Source: Microcystaceae cyanobacterium (lineage in GTDB: Bacteria; Cyanobacteriota; Cyanobacteriia; Cyanobacteriales; Microcystaceae). Taken from it: a DNA stretch of 64,000 nucleotides. Positions 31,448 through 42,082 of the stretch are shown here, piece by piece (the first letter of the stretch is position 1; every line of letters begins with the position of its first letter). The DNA is taken from NCBI GenBank assembly GCA_041746575.1, contig JBGTGT010000046.1, positions 32,363 through 96,362 of the forward strand, given 5' to 3'. The position numbers were made by a program, and so were the translations under genes. A model generated the notes under the pieces. The model did no database searches. It was not told the DNA's origin and saw nothing but the letters and a program-made list of their open reading frames with translations.

Positions 31448-31513
31448 ATTATGAACACTACCCGCCTAATGTCAATTATAAATAATAAGGAATTAACCTG
31501 AACCTAGGAGAAA

Positions 31514-31954
31514 GTGAACGTTATGAAAGGTGATATCATGTTTCATCTTGCCATTCCTATTAATAACATTACCCAAGCAAAAGCGTTTTATGAAAAAGGT
31601 TTAGGGTGTCAAGTAGGACGAGAAAATGAGAAAGCAATTATTTTTAACTTTTATGGTCATCAATTAGTTGCCCACACAACCAATGAGAGTTTAAGTCCTC
31701 AAAAAGGTATTTATCCTCGCCATTTTGGCATTAATTTTGCTCAGAAGCAGGCTTGGGATAGTTTAGTATCGAGAGTTCAACAAAAACAACTTTCGTTTTA
31801 TATTGAACCTAAATTAAGATTTTCCAACCAAATGGTAGAACATTGGAGTTTCTTTTTACAAGATCCTTTTTATAATCTTTTGGAGTTTAAATATTATGTT
31901 AATCCTGATGCTATTCTAGGAGCAAAGGAAATTATTGAAATTGGCGATCGCTAA
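31514..31954 (+). CDS. VOC/glyoxalase family protein
   Basis: FHLAIP, FYGHQLVAH, PRHFG, DPFYNLLEFK. Confidence 0.9.
   Translation: MNVMKGDIMFHLAIPINNITQAKAFYEKGLGCQVGRENEKAIIFNFYGHQLVAHTTNESLSPQKGIYPRHFGINFAQKQAWDSLVSRVQQKQLSFYIEPKLRFSNQMVEHWSFFLQDPFYNLLEFKYYVNPDAILGAKEIIEIGDR
31944..31951. repeat. HIP1 octamer GCGATCGC (one example; roughly 25-30 copies by eye across the window)
   Basis: Also at about 5656, 7271, 11074, 22006, 46035, 53616 and 63655; typical cyanobacterial signature. Confidence 0.9.
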
Positions 31955-31995
31955 TTCTGAAACTTAAACTTTTATGCGTAATTAATTATTGTCCT

Positions 31996-32262
31996 ATGCC
32001 TTGGTTTGTTAAAATTGAAAAAGGAATTGTTAATAAAAAAGTTTTTGATCAATATGTACCTGCTCATAAAGCTTACGTACAAGAACTTATTACGAAAGGA
32101 CATCAAGCAAAGACAGGGTACTGGAAAGAATGTGCTGGAGGAATGTTATTATTTAGGGCGAATTCTTTAGAAGAAGCTCAAAAAATTGTGGAACAAGATC
32201 CCCTGATTATGCATCATTGTGTTAAATATGAAGTCTATCAATGGTGTATCGTGGTAGAGTGA
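31996..32262 (+). CDS. YciI family protein
   Basis: VPAHKAY, GGMLLF, AQKIVEQDPL. Confidence 0.88.
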   Translation: MPWFVKIEKGIVNKKVFDQYVPAHKAYVQELITKGHQAKTGYWKECAGGMLLFRANSLEEAQKIVEQDPLIMHHCVKYEVYQWCIVVE

Positions 32263-32508
32263 CGGCTGAGCCAAAAAGGTTGAAGGGCTTTATGCAAAAA
32301 AACTAAAAATTAATCTTTTATTCTTTATAAAGTTATGAAAAAAGTGACAACATGATTCTTTGACCCTTAAAGTCTATAAAAAATACATTTTAGCGAGATT
32401 ATGCCCCCGAATTTTCATCCCTCTCTATCAATTGGCTGATTTAGGAACACGAAAGATAGCCAAGATGTCGTAAATAGTCTATGATGCAGTTTTAAGTTTT
32501 GTAAAATT

Positions 32509-35500
32509 TTGGGGACTGTGAAGCGATTTATCATTATTGACCCTTCTTTGTGCAGTTTACAAGGACATCATTACGAATGTAGCGTTTCGGTTGCAGAAGC
32601 GGCTACAAAACTCGGATATGAATCTATTATCATCACAAATCGGTCTTTTTCAGCAGACTTACATCCTGTGCAACTTAAAATATTACCTCGTTTTGAAGTT
32701 GATTGGTTTGATAATCCAACCCTTATTGATAAAGCCAATAGCTGGCAACAAAAAATTAAGCAAAATTTATCTTATTTACAAAATAACTCTTTCGATAGTT
32801 TCATCAAAAAACAGACTAATCGCCTAGAATATCAGATCAATTATTGGCATCTCACTCAACCTAAGTTTCGTCTTTTATTAGAGAAAATTCAAGGAAGTTT
32901 GACGAGACTGGGGCAATGGGTACAAAAAGATATTAAGCTATTAACCTATATTCCTTTTTCTAATACATTTTGGGGACTCTTTAAGATTATTTGGGGAACA
33001 ATACGTTATTTAGGTCAGATTATTTTCAGTAAAAGTATCAAATACTTAGATAAATTAATCAATTCTCGACATGAAACGTTTAAAGATACTTTCAATAAAT
33101 TATTTGAAGAATTAAGTTTAACCTCCGAAGATCAAATTCTTATTCATACCCTTGGAATTCGTCAAGTAGAAGATATCTATCATCTCCTCATCGCTAGGCA
33201 AAATCAATCAATTCCTCAATTTCATTTACTCTTAAGAAGAGATCCTGATGAACCTTTAGTCACTCAAGCAAAAGGGATGGGTTTAACGAATTGTTTGAAT
33301 GCTTTTGCCGATTCCCAGCTATGGATAAATAAAGTTAAATTTTATACAGATACTCCAGAATTATTACAGAAATATAATTGTTTAAGTCCCGTTAAATTAA
33401 TAAAAGTTCCTGTTCCTTTTCGCACTGAAAAACTATCTTTACCAATAACCTCAAAATTAGGTGAACCTATTCATATCGTCTATTTGGGAGATGCACGTTA
33501 TGAAAAAGGGTATCATCATCTTCCCCAACTTGTAGAATCTTTATGGGATGAGTATTTAAGTCAAAATAAAATTAAATTTACGATTCAATCCAATTTTAGT
33601 ACCGAAGGAGGAGAGTCAGGAATTTTATCTATTAGATTGCAATTAGAACAATATCCTAGCAGTAAAGTTAGGTTAATTAAAGAGGTCATGAAAACGGAAG
33701 AGTATTATAAAATATTATCGAATGCAGATATCGTCATTCTTCCTTATGATCAAGTTAATTATCGCTATCGTACGTCAGGCGTATTAACTGAAGCATTAGC
33801 GGCAGGAAAACCTGTTATTGTACCGAATGATACTTGGTTAAGCCGACAAATTGATGAGTCTAGAGGAAAAGTTTATAATCATCCGAGTGAAATGGGTCAT
33901 AAAATTAGAGAAATGATTACGAATTTGGCTCATTTTAAAGCCGCCGCAGAAGACTTTCGTTTAGATTGGTTACAACAAAATACGCCAGAAACGTTTCTCA
34001 ATTGTTTATTATCTGAACAAGATTGCCAAGTCACAGCAGAAAATCTAGAAATTCAATCAATTTCTGTCAAACCCAATGAATTTTCTGCCCAACAGACAAA
34101 CCCTAAAATTCTCTGTATAATTGAAAGCGAAGATTTTGTTAATGAGACATCTCAAAAGCAAAAGATTTTACAATATTGGACTTATCTTTTTAATTGTGGT
34201 TATCAAGTATCTCTTCTCACTTTCTCAAAATATCCCTCCTATAAACAAGGGAATTATGAAGCATTTTATTATCAAGTTCATAACGTAACTGATCACTTTA
34301 GATTTAATAACGTTTGGATTCTGGAGCATGATCTTTGTCCTCGTCTTCCCAATGGCATTGACTACAAAAGCTATTTACAAAATTTGCAAACAAATCAGCA
34401 GAGTGTGGTTCAAGATTTAGTCAACTGTAATAGCGTTAAAATCGAAGATAACTTAATTCAAGTTTTCACTCAAAGTGATTTTGATCTTATTTATCTTAAT
34501 TCCTCTGTAACGGTGCCTCTTGTTAAACAATTAGGTATCCACTCCGTTAATATTTTGTGTGAGATAGAACATCTACTATCCTATCAATATGCTGTCAACA
34601 ATCGTAAAGATATTAACATTCTAGAACTAGAATTAGAAAAAGAGTTATTAAACCAATATTCTTATATAATTACACCGAATGCTATTCAAGCTGAAAAGTT
34701 AAGAGAAATATTAATCTCTCCGCAAATTAAACTTTTGTCTGGTTTAGAGGATAGATATACCTCAGAAATAAACCAATTATTTAAGGAGATTTTAGGAGCG
34801 AAAGCGTTACCTTTGAACAAGTCAAAAAATATTGCTATTTTGTATCCTTGGGGAGATATTTTAGAAGGAAAAAGTGGTGCAAGTAAACGAGTGGGTTTAT
34901 TGACTCAATATCTCAAAGACCAAGATTATAATCTTTGGGTGTTTACCACAGGGGAAAAACAAGACTTTTATCGCCATGGTATCCGTTATTCTTACTATCA
35001 GCAACAATTTTCCCAAAGTGACTTAGTGAATGATATTTATAAGGATGCTTACCAAACTTGGCAAACTGCTTTATTTTTAGACGATTTTGGTGGCATTACG
35101 AATTCAGTAGAACAAGAGCATTGGCTTCCTTGGATTTACTATCAATTTCGTTTTGATAAATCTTTTAAAAAAGAAGTTGAAAAAGTGGCTGATTGGGCTA
35201 ATATTATTATTTTAGAATATCCTTTTTGGGCTTCAATTGTGGGTGAAATTTGCCATCGCCAATCGGTGAAACTCATTCTCAATGCTCATGATGTGCTAAC
35301 GCAGCAGTTACCTCAAAACTCAACTCTCAGACAATTGGCTTTAGCCGAAGAAATTCAAGGCTTAAAACAAGCAGATAAACTGGTTTGTGTTTGCCCTGAA
35401 GATCAAGCTTTTTTTCAACAATATGGTTTACAATCTACAGTGATTCCTAATCCGGTTGATATAGAAGATTTCCAAAACGAGAAAAACGGGTCGATTAATG

Positions 35501-36021
35501 ATAGGATAGCCCATAAACTCAAGGATCAATTTTGCTTGTTCGTTGGCAGTCAGCATTCGCCAAATTTAGAAGCGGTTGCACAAATTCGTCAGATGGCAAC
35601 CTTAGATCCTTCCATTCAATATGTAATCGTTGGTAGTTGCTGTCAACCAGAGGAAAATCAGAACTTTCTTTCTTTTGGGAAAGTTTCTGGCAAAGATCTC
35701 GTCTATCTTTATGGAAAGGCGAGTTTGATTATTTCTCCCTTGCTATCTGGAACAGGATCATCGTTGAAAATTATTGAAGCAATGGCTTATCGTAAAGTCG
35801 TTTTAGGAACTCAAATTTCTTTTCGAGGGTATTCCGTCTTGTCTCAGGTTCATTGTATAATTGAGGACAATTTAACTTTGTATCCCCAACAGATCCATCA
35901 TGCTCTCTTGCAACCTGACCAATTAAAAAACATAGCAAAAAAAGCGCAAGAATTTGCCAAAAAGTATGATTATCGTATCGCTTACGAAAGCTATCAAAAT
36001 ATCATTAAACAACTATCTTAA
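32509..36021 (+). CDS. Large multi-module GT-B (GT4-like) glycosyltransferase
   Basis: IIDPSL..GHH, YLGDARYEKG, SGVLTEALAAGKPV; second module FVGSQHSPN, GTGSSLKIIEAMAY; start at 32509 or 32518. Confidence 0.85.
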   Translation: MGTVKRFIIIDPSLCSLQGHHYECSVSVAEAATKLGYESIIITNRSFSADLHPVQLKILPRFEVDWFDNPTLIDKANSWQQKIKQNLSYLQNNSFDSFIKKQTNRLEYQINYWHLTQPKFRLLLEKIQGSLTRLGQWVQKDIKLLTYIPFSNTFWGLFKIIWGTIRYLGQIIFSKSIKYLDKLINSRHETFKDTFNKLFEELSLTSEDQILIHTLGIRQVEDIYHLLIARQNQSIPQFHLLLRRDPDEPLVTQAKGMGLTNCLNAFADSQLWINKVKFYTDTPELLQKYNCLSPVKLIKVPVPFRTEKLSLPITSKLGEPIHIVYLGDARYEKGYHHLPQLVESLWDEYLSQNKIKFTIQSNFSTEGGESGILSIRLQLEQYPSSKVRLIKEVMKTEEYYKILSNADIVILPYDQVNYRYRTSGVLTEALAAGKPVIVPNDTWLSRQIDESRGKVYNHPSEMGHKIREMITNLAHFKAAAEDFRLDWLQQNTPETFLNCLLSEQDCQVTAENLEIQSISVKPNEFSAQQTNPKILCIIESEDFVNETSQKQKILQYWTYLFNCGYQVSLLTFSKYPSYKQGNYEAFYYQVHNVTDHFRFNNVWILEHDLCPRLPNGIDYKSYLQNLQTNQQSVVQDLVNCNSVKIEDNLIQVFTQSDFDLIYLNSSVTVPLVKQLGIHSVNILCEIEHLLSYQYAVNNRKDINILELELEKELLNQYSYIITPNAIQAEKLREILISPQIKLLSGLEDRYTSEINQLFKEILGAKALPLNKSKNIAILYPWGDILEGKSGASKRVGLLTQYLKDQDYNLWVFTTGEKQDFYRHGIRYSYYQQQFSQSDLVNDIYKDAYQTWQTALFLDDFGGITNSVEQEHWLPWIYYQFRFDKSFKKEVEKVADWANIIILEYPFWASIVGEICHRQSVKLILNAHDVLTQQLPQNSTLRQLALAEEIQGLKQADKLVCVCPEDQAFFQQYGLQSTVIPNPVDIEDFQNEKNGSINDRIAHKLKDQFCLFVGSQHSPNLEAVAQIRQMATLDPSIQYVIVGSCCQPEENQNFLSFGKVSGKDLVYLYGKASLIISPLLSGTGSSLKIIEAMAYRKVVLGTQISFRGYSVLSQVHCIIEDNLTLYPQQIHHALLQPDQLKNIAKKAQEFAKKYDYRIAYESYQNIIKQLS

Positions 36022-36059
36022 ATGATTTTAACTTCTTTATTGTTTATCGATTATTAAAT

Positions 36060-39000
36060 ATGAAAGTTCTAATTGCTGATTTCGATTTGTACAACAAAGT
36101 AGGCGGCGGTCAAACCTTTTATCGAAGTGTCATTCAAAAGAACCCAGAGATTAATTTTTACTATATTGCGGATGATGAAGCCTTAGATAATTCTCGTCCA
36201 GAAAATGCCTATCCTATTCCCTACAAAAAGCAAATTCTGGTATCTGACTTAAACGGTTTTTTTGACATTACCCCTCCTAAATGGATTTATCGTTCTTTTG
36301 TTAAAGCGAGTAATATTGCCGCTTCTGTCGCCAATCAACAATTTGATGTTATTGATGTTCCTGACTATGAGCAATGGGGTGTTTTATTAAGACCTGCTCT
36401 CACACATTATAATGTTAATTTTGGCAAAATTGTTCTCTCAATGCACGGCGTTATTTCAACGACTTTACGCTTAGATTGGTTTATTCAAGGAAAGCGCAAT
36501 ATTCCTCTCAATTTAGAGGAAAAAATGCAGTACAAAACCGTTGATCTTCGGTATGCTATTAGTAAAGATTATATTAACGAATGGCAAGTGTTAGGCGATT
36601 TTGAAGCTTATTATTATCACCCGCTACACTTTTTTGATCTTCCGAAACCCACACAAGCTTTATCATCAATCAATTCCCCCAATCTTAATTTTATTGGCCG
36701 AACTGAAAAACGCAAAGGACCCGATATTTTCATTGATTTAGCTTGGTGGCTACCCCGTTCGAGTTATGAGCAAGTGAGTATCATCGGGCCTCATAGTTAT
36801 AATGACACTAGCACAAAATGTTCTAAAGAATATTTAGATGCGATGTTGTATAATCGCCTAGAAGATGTCGCCTTCCTTGCGCCGAAAACGCGTCCAGAGT
36901 TAGCCGAATTATTTGCTAGTAAGTCCATTACGCTTTTGCCGTCTCGCTATGATACCCTCAATTTATTAGCGATTGAATCTCTCTTTTCTGGGTGTCCTAC
37001 TGCCATCGGAAATGGCGCAGGGGTTTGTCGTTTGCTTAAAGAAAATTTCCCTCATATTCCCTTTGTAGAAATTGATATTAACAACATCTATGCTTGCCTT
37101 CCTCAATTGCAGTACATACTCGAAAATTACGATGAATATCGTCAAAAATTAGTTGATGCTGTTCTCAATAGTCCATTAGAGGTGGACAGTCCAGACTTAA
37201 ATACAATTTATCAAAACCCAGAGATTTTTGACTCTGAAATTCGTAACCAATTAGATAGCTGGTATAGCCAACTTATGGGTTACTGGTTATCGACGCAAGA
37301 AGGGGGTGGCATTGCCAATCTTCCTGTCATTCGTGCTTTGAAATTGCAATTGATTCCTATCGCTAAACAAGCTAAACAAAACCTCAAAAAGACTAAAGTC
37401 CAACTTCAAAGTCAACTGACAAAACCGCTAGAAGATAGCCGAAATTTCCAAACTGCTAAAAGTCCTTTTTTAGTGAAACAATATAAAGCCGCCTTTAACA
37501 ATAGTGAACAAACCGAAAAAGATCTAGCCTATAAAATCAAGCAATGCTGGAATATTGGAGAAACCCTAAAACCGGAGGAGAAAGGCATTCGCGCTAAAAT
37601 GTCCAGTGGTTACCGCATTGATAGGGTGCGTTTGTGGCGAGAAATTGCGCGGGTTGAAGAATTGCGAGGAAATGACCTTGTCGCCGCAACCTATAAGTTA
37701 AGAGGGATAAGATTACTAGGAAGAGATAATTTTAGTGATTTACCTTATATTTTACGTATTTTAGAAGGTAAAGGGTTTCATCGAGAAGCAATTGCTATCG
37801 ATGCAATGTACGGAAAACCCTCAGAACAAGAAAAACGCTGTCTGGAATATGTGAAACAAGCTTATGAAGCAAACTTAACGAATCCTGAACGAGATTATGA
37901 ATTATTCGATGATCGTCGTGAAAAATCAGACTATCGTGCTTCCATCATTGTCTCTCTCTACAATGCGGCAGACAAATTGTCCCTCTTTCTCAAAACCCTT
38001 GAGCATCAAACATTAATTCAAAAAGGGGAAGCAGAGGTTATTTTAGTCGACAGTGGCTCACCTGATGAGGAATACAAGGTTTTTCTAGACCTCGCACCTC
38101 AGCTTAACATCCCGCTCTTGTATGTTCGTTCTGAACAAAGGGAAACGATTCAAAGCGCATGGAATCGGGGGATTTCACTGACTAAATCTCCTTATTTAGC
38201 TTTTTTAGGGGTAGATGAAACTATTTTACCGGATTGTCTCGAAGTTTTAGCCTCTGAGTTAGACAAAGACCTCCAATTAGACTGGGTGATTGGTCACAGC
38301 TTGGTAACCAATGTTGATCAAAAAGGCAGTTGGGTAGGTGATATTATGCCTTATGACCGCACAGGATATCACCAAAATCTTGTTTATCTTGAAACCTGTT
38401 ACTTATCTTGGGTTGGCGCACTTTACCGCCGTTCTATTCACGATCGCTTTGGCTATTATGATTCTACCTTTCGGGGTGCAGGGGATACAGAATTTAAGAG
38501 TCGTTTGTTGCCCTATCTGAAAACCAAAGTAGTTGATCGTACTTTAGGTGTATTTTGGAATTATCCCGATGAACGAACGACCCAAAGTCCTGCCGCAGAA
38601 ATTGAAGATATGCGAGCATGGTATATTCACCGTACATCAGCGGGAGTCAAATACGGTTTTTCTCAGCGTAGCGTCGAAGAATTAGAAAAATTATTTTATT
38701 CTGCCCTTTGTTACCGTAAGTCCTACTGTGGTCATACCAGTAGTGATTTAGATTATGCTTATCAAATTGGGCTATATTTAAAAGAAATTGCGCCAAATTC
38801 TGAGACATTACAGTATTTTGAAGGAGTTAAAACCCTGCTCAATCTTTATCGTTCCCTTGATTGGATTCCCAAAATCTCTCGTTTTTCCCCCTTATCTCAT
38901 GTTTTAGAAACTCGTAAATTAGCCCAACAAATTGAACAAGAACATCGTCGTTTATGGCAACCAAACAATCATTTAGGGTTTGAACCGACCTATCAAATTT

Positions 39001-39065
39001 TCAACGATAATCGCCATGAACAACACTCATTCCTCTGGTTTACTCCTGTTATTAATTTAGACTAA
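36060..39065 (+). CDS. Bifunctional glycosyltransferase (GT4-like N-terminus plus GT2 C-terminus)
   Basis: VGGGQT, FIGRTEKRKGPD, PSRYDTLNLLAIES; then SIIVSLYNA, ILVDSGSPD, AWNRG, GAGDTEF. Confidence 0.88.
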   Translation: MKVLIADFDLYNKVGGGQTFYRSVIQKNPEINFYYIADDEALDNSRPENAYPIPYKKQILVSDLNGFFDITPPKWIYRSFVKASNIAASVANQQFDVIDVPDYEQWGVLLRPALTHYNVNFGKIVLSMHGVISTTLRLDWFIQGKRNIPLNLEEKMQYKTVDLRYAISKDYINEWQVLGDFEAYYYHPLHFFDLPKPTQALSSINSPNLNFIGRTEKRKGPDIFIDLAWWLPRSSYEQVSIIGPHSYNDTSTKCSKEYLDAMLYNRLEDVAFLAPKTRPELAELFASKSITLLPSRYDTLNLLAIESLFSGCPTAIGNGAGVCRLLKENFPHIPFVEIDINNIYACLPQLQYILENYDEYRQKLVDAVLNSPLEVDSPDLNTIYQNPEIFDSEIRNQLDSWYSQLMGYWLSTQEGGGIANLPVIRALKLQLIPIAKQAKQNLKKTKVQLQSQLTKPLEDSRNFQTAKSPFLVKQYKAAFNNSEQTEKDLAYKIKQCWNIGETLKPEEKGIRAKMSSGYRIDRVRLWREIARVEELRGNDLVAATYKLRGIRLLGRDNFSDLPYILRILEGKGFHREAIAIDAMYGKPSEQEKRCLEYVKQAYEANLTNPERDYELFDDRREKSDYRASIIVSLYNAADKLSLFLKTLEHQTLIQKGEAEVILVDSGSPDEEYKVFLDLAPQLNIPLLYVRSEQRETIQSAWNRGISLTKSPYLAFLGVDETILPDCLEVLASELDKDLQLDWVIGHSLVTNVDQKGSWVGDIMPYDRTGYHQNLVYLETCYLSWVGALYRRSIHDRFGYYDSTFRGAGDTEFKSRLLPYLKTKVVDRTLGVFWNYPDERTTQSPAAEIEDMRAWYIHRTSAGVKYGFSQRSVEELEKLFYSALCYRKSYCGHTSSDLDYAYQIGLYLKEIAPNSETLQYFEGVKTLLNLYRSLDWIPKISRFSPLSHVLETRKLAQQIEQEHRRLWQPNNHLGFEPTYQIFNDNRHEQHSFLWFTPVINLD

Positions 39066-39073
39066 AAAATCTT

Positions 39074-40234
39074 ATGGAAAACTTTAAACATTTAGTTAAA
39101 TCTCGTTTTGCCAAAGCCTTAGCAGAAGACCTCGACCAACAGTTAGCACTTAACCAAAAATTGGAAAGCGTTCAGATGTTTGGTCTTGCTCCTTGGTATC
39201 AAGAAAACCTCTGGGAACCGCCCGTTCAATTGGCGTTAAGAGATTTATGTCAACCAGGCGATACCGTCTTTGATGTGGGGGCAAATTTTGGGGGATTAGC
39301 CACTGTTATGTCTCGTATGGTAGGACCAAAAGGCATAGTTTGTGCCTTTGAAGCGAGTCCTCGCATTATTGATAAATGTCAGCGCAATTTAGTCTTAAAT
39401 GGTTGTCACAATACCCAGCTATTTCATACGGCAGTTTATCACAAATCCTACAGCAGTGTTCCTATTTATTTAGGAAGCCATTTAAATGACAGTATTTACA
39501 ATCATCCTGAAGGACAAGAAGCGGCCTATCAAGTTTCCACCTTAGCCCTAGATGACTTTGTAGAACACACAAATTTAGTACCAAACGTGATCAAAATGGA
39601 CATTGAAGGAGCAGAATTTGATGCTATTCAAGGGGCAATAAAAACCATTGTAACCGCTAAACCTCATTTAATTTTAGAATCCAGTCCAGAAGATTCTCGG
39701 TGCTTAGACTTGTTACGAGAAAAGGGATACATTGCCCTTGATTTAAACACCTATCAAGAAATCACCACGGCGGCAGATTACCCCCAAGGAGCAGGAATTC
39801 GGAATAACCTTTATATTCATCAAGACAGACTGCATGAAGCTCCTTATCAACTTCCTTTTAAAATTGTTAATTTTACAACTTTAAATCAAGGGAATTTTCA
39901 ACAGAGCAAAGCAGGTTATTTTGAACTTAAACACCCTTTAATTTTAGATCGAGGCCGTTACCTGATTGATATGGATTTTGCCGCACAAGGTACCCATAAT
40001 AATATGATGTGTGGTGTTAAAATTAGCGAAAAAGTCATCTTCCGTTACCATGCCTACAGTCAATTATTAGCGGCTAGTTATCGGGATTGGGTTATTCATT
40101 TAACCGAAACCTGCAAAGTGAATTTATACTTTGAATTTCTCGATGGAACAAATGATGAAACCTTTTCTATTAAAGGGGCTAACGTTCGTAAAATAGACGA
40201 CTTTACCCATTTAAAAACGCAACTTTATATCTAA
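39074..40234 (+). CDS. FkbM family methyltransferase with C-terminal extension
   Basis: VFDVGANFG, AFEASP, LDDF, IKMDIEGAE. Confidence 0.92.
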   Translation: MENFKHLVKSRFAKALAEDLDQQLALNQKLESVQMFGLAPWYQENLWEPPVQLALRDLCQPGDTVFDVGANFGGLATVMSRMVGPKGIVCAFEASPRIIDKCQRNLVLNGCHNTQLFHTAVYHKSYSSVPIYLGSHLNDSIYNHPEGQEAAYQVSTLALDDFVEHTNLVPNVIKMDIEGAEFDAIQGAIKTIVTAKPHLILESSPEDSRCLDLLREKGYIALDLNTYQEITTAADYPQGAGIRNNLYIHQDRLHEAPYQLPFKIVNFTTLNQGNFQQSKAGYFELKHPLILDRGRYLIDMDFAAQGTHNNMMCGVKISEKVIFRYHAYSQLLAASYRDWVIHLTETCKVNLYFEFLDGTNDETFSIKGANVRKIDDFTHLKTQLYI

Positions 40235-40243
40235 TTTAATGAT

Positions 40244-42049
40244 ATGATCATTCCTTTCATTAGTCTCATTTTAGGGTCGGGTTTGGCTTTTCTTACCCTT
40301 CTCAGTTATCGAGGGACTTCTACCCTTAAATCTGTGCCTTTCTTAGCTGACGTTAAACAGAATAAACCCATCGCTTTGGGAGGAATTTTACTTTCCACTG
40401 CTTTAATGCTGGGAATGTTAGGCTATTTTAATATTATTGAGGCACCGACTCTAAAAACAATTCGATTATTTTCTGGCGTGAGTGGACTGGTATTACTATT
40501 AACAGAGTATTTTAAGTTAAAAAAATCTGAAAACATGCAAGGTTTCCTAAAGATAATTCTGAGATGGGGAGTGATTAGAATTGCCTTAACTCTTCTCTCA
40601 ATTGTTATCTTAGGGTCAATCTTTGGCATTGCCTTTTTTGATGCCAATTATGGGGGAGATGCCTTTATGTATCAAATCCCTTTTGCGGCTAGATTATGGG
40701 GAATCATTCCTAAAGATGTCTATGAATTTGAATATTTCATGGAATCCCGCTATCTAGGATTTCCTTTATTGGCTAACTTTATTCAAGGGTTTTTCTGGTT
40801 TATTTTTCAACGACCAGAAGCGACCAATTTACTTTGCTATAGTAGCTTAATTGTTTTAATTGTTTTCCTCTGTCGTTATTTAAAGATTCCTTTTTATTTA
40901 ACAACCGTTTCCCTGTTAGCCATTCCCATGGTTCACATGCACGCCGCCAGAAGTTATATTGACTTACCGGGCAATGTAGCAATGACAGTTTTAATTATTA
41001 TTAACTACTTATTCTATACCCATAAAATTCAATTTAATTTCACCAATGGTATAATAATTTTTTTAGCCGCCTTTACCGCCGCTAATATGAAGCATCAGTT
41101 AGTACCGTTGGTGTTTATAGCCTTGTGTTTTGTGGTATTGTATTTACTCATAAAAACGTGGAAAACGCCTTTCTCTCAAAAGACAAAAATTCGCCAAAGC
41201 TTTGCTATTATTGCCTGTAGTTCGTTAATCAGTTTACTGGTTTTTGCCACTTCTGTCAGAAATATTATCGTTTATCAAAATCCCTTTTATCCCATTAAAG
41301 TTTCGATTGCCGGTCATGTGCTAAATTATATTGAAGCCCCCCCTGAATTTATGCACGAAAGCTTGAGAAAACTTCCTCCTCATCTTCGTTGGGCAAAATC
41401 AATTTTAGAAATTGACGCTTTTGATAAAAGACGACCTTGGCCTTGGACACTTGCTATGGATTTTATTCCTTGGACTGAAGCTCGATTTGGATTAGGCGGA
41501 TACTTTGGCGGATATGTCGTATTAAATCTGATTTTATTTGCTTATTTCTGTTGGCAACAATGGGGTTTAGAAACTAAAAATGCAGGGATTGTCATGTTAA
41601 TTCTAACAGCGATTACGCCCCTCATGCCTCAAGCCTATGAATTGCGTTATTTTATGTACTGGATAATTGTCTTAGTGGCTTTTAATCTTTATTTTCTCAC
41701 TCATTTAATGCGTTCTTCTTATCGTATCAGTCAGTTTATCAACGCACCCAATTGGGGATTAATTGCTACGGCTTTTATGTATGTCTTTATTACTAAAACC
41801 AACACTTATTTTACTCGCCCAGAATTTTACTCCTTTGAAAGACAAGTCTTTGAATCGGGTAATGTTAAGCCTGAAATTTTTAGACAAATTAAAGACGGTG
41901 ACAGAGTATGTTTAGTCGGAAAAGCACCTAACTCTTTTTTATATTCTTCTTATTTTCATCCCAATTCTGATTATTTTTTAAAAGCAGAATTTGAAATTGA
42001 TGACCAATTTACTAAAGACAAATGTGGAGATTTAAAGATTATTAAGTAA
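40244..42049 (+). CDS. Polytopic membrane protein, probable GT-C-fold glycosyltransferase
   Basis: >12 hydrophobic segments; GDAFMYQIP, YIDL, YQNPFYP and ELRY recall ArnT/PMT-like proteins (inference). Confidence 0.6.
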   Translation: MIIPFISLILGSGLAFLTLLSYRGTSTLKSVPFLADVKQNKPIALGGILLSTALMLGMLGYFNIIEAPTLKTIRLFSGVSGLVLLLTEYFKLKKSENMQGFLKIILRWGVIRIALTLLSIVILGSIFGIAFFDANYGGDAFMYQIPFAARLWGIIPKDVYEFEYFMESRYLGFPLLANFIQGFFWFIFQRPEATNLLCYSSLIVLIVFLCRYLKIPFYLTTVSLLAIPMVHMHAARSYIDLPGNVAMTVLIIINYLFYTHKIQFNFTNGIIIFLAAFTAANMKHQLVPLVFIALCFVVLYLLIKTWKTPFSQKTKIRQSFAIIACSSLISLLVFATSVRNIIVYQNPFYPIKVSIAGHVLNYIEAPPEFMHESLRKLPPHLRWAKSILEIDAFDKRRPWPWTLAMDFIPWTEARFGLGGYFGGYVVLNLILFAYFCWQQWGLETKNAGIVMLILTAITPLMPQAYELRYFMYWIIVLVAFNLYFLTHLMRSSYRISQFINAPNWGLIATAFMYVFITKTNTYFTRPEFYSFERQVFESGNVKPEIFRQIKDGDRVCLVGKAPNSFLYSSYFHPNSDYFLKAEFEIDDQFTKDKCGDLKIIK

Positions 42050-42082
42050 CGACGGTATTTTTTAACTCGTACTGACTTTAAT

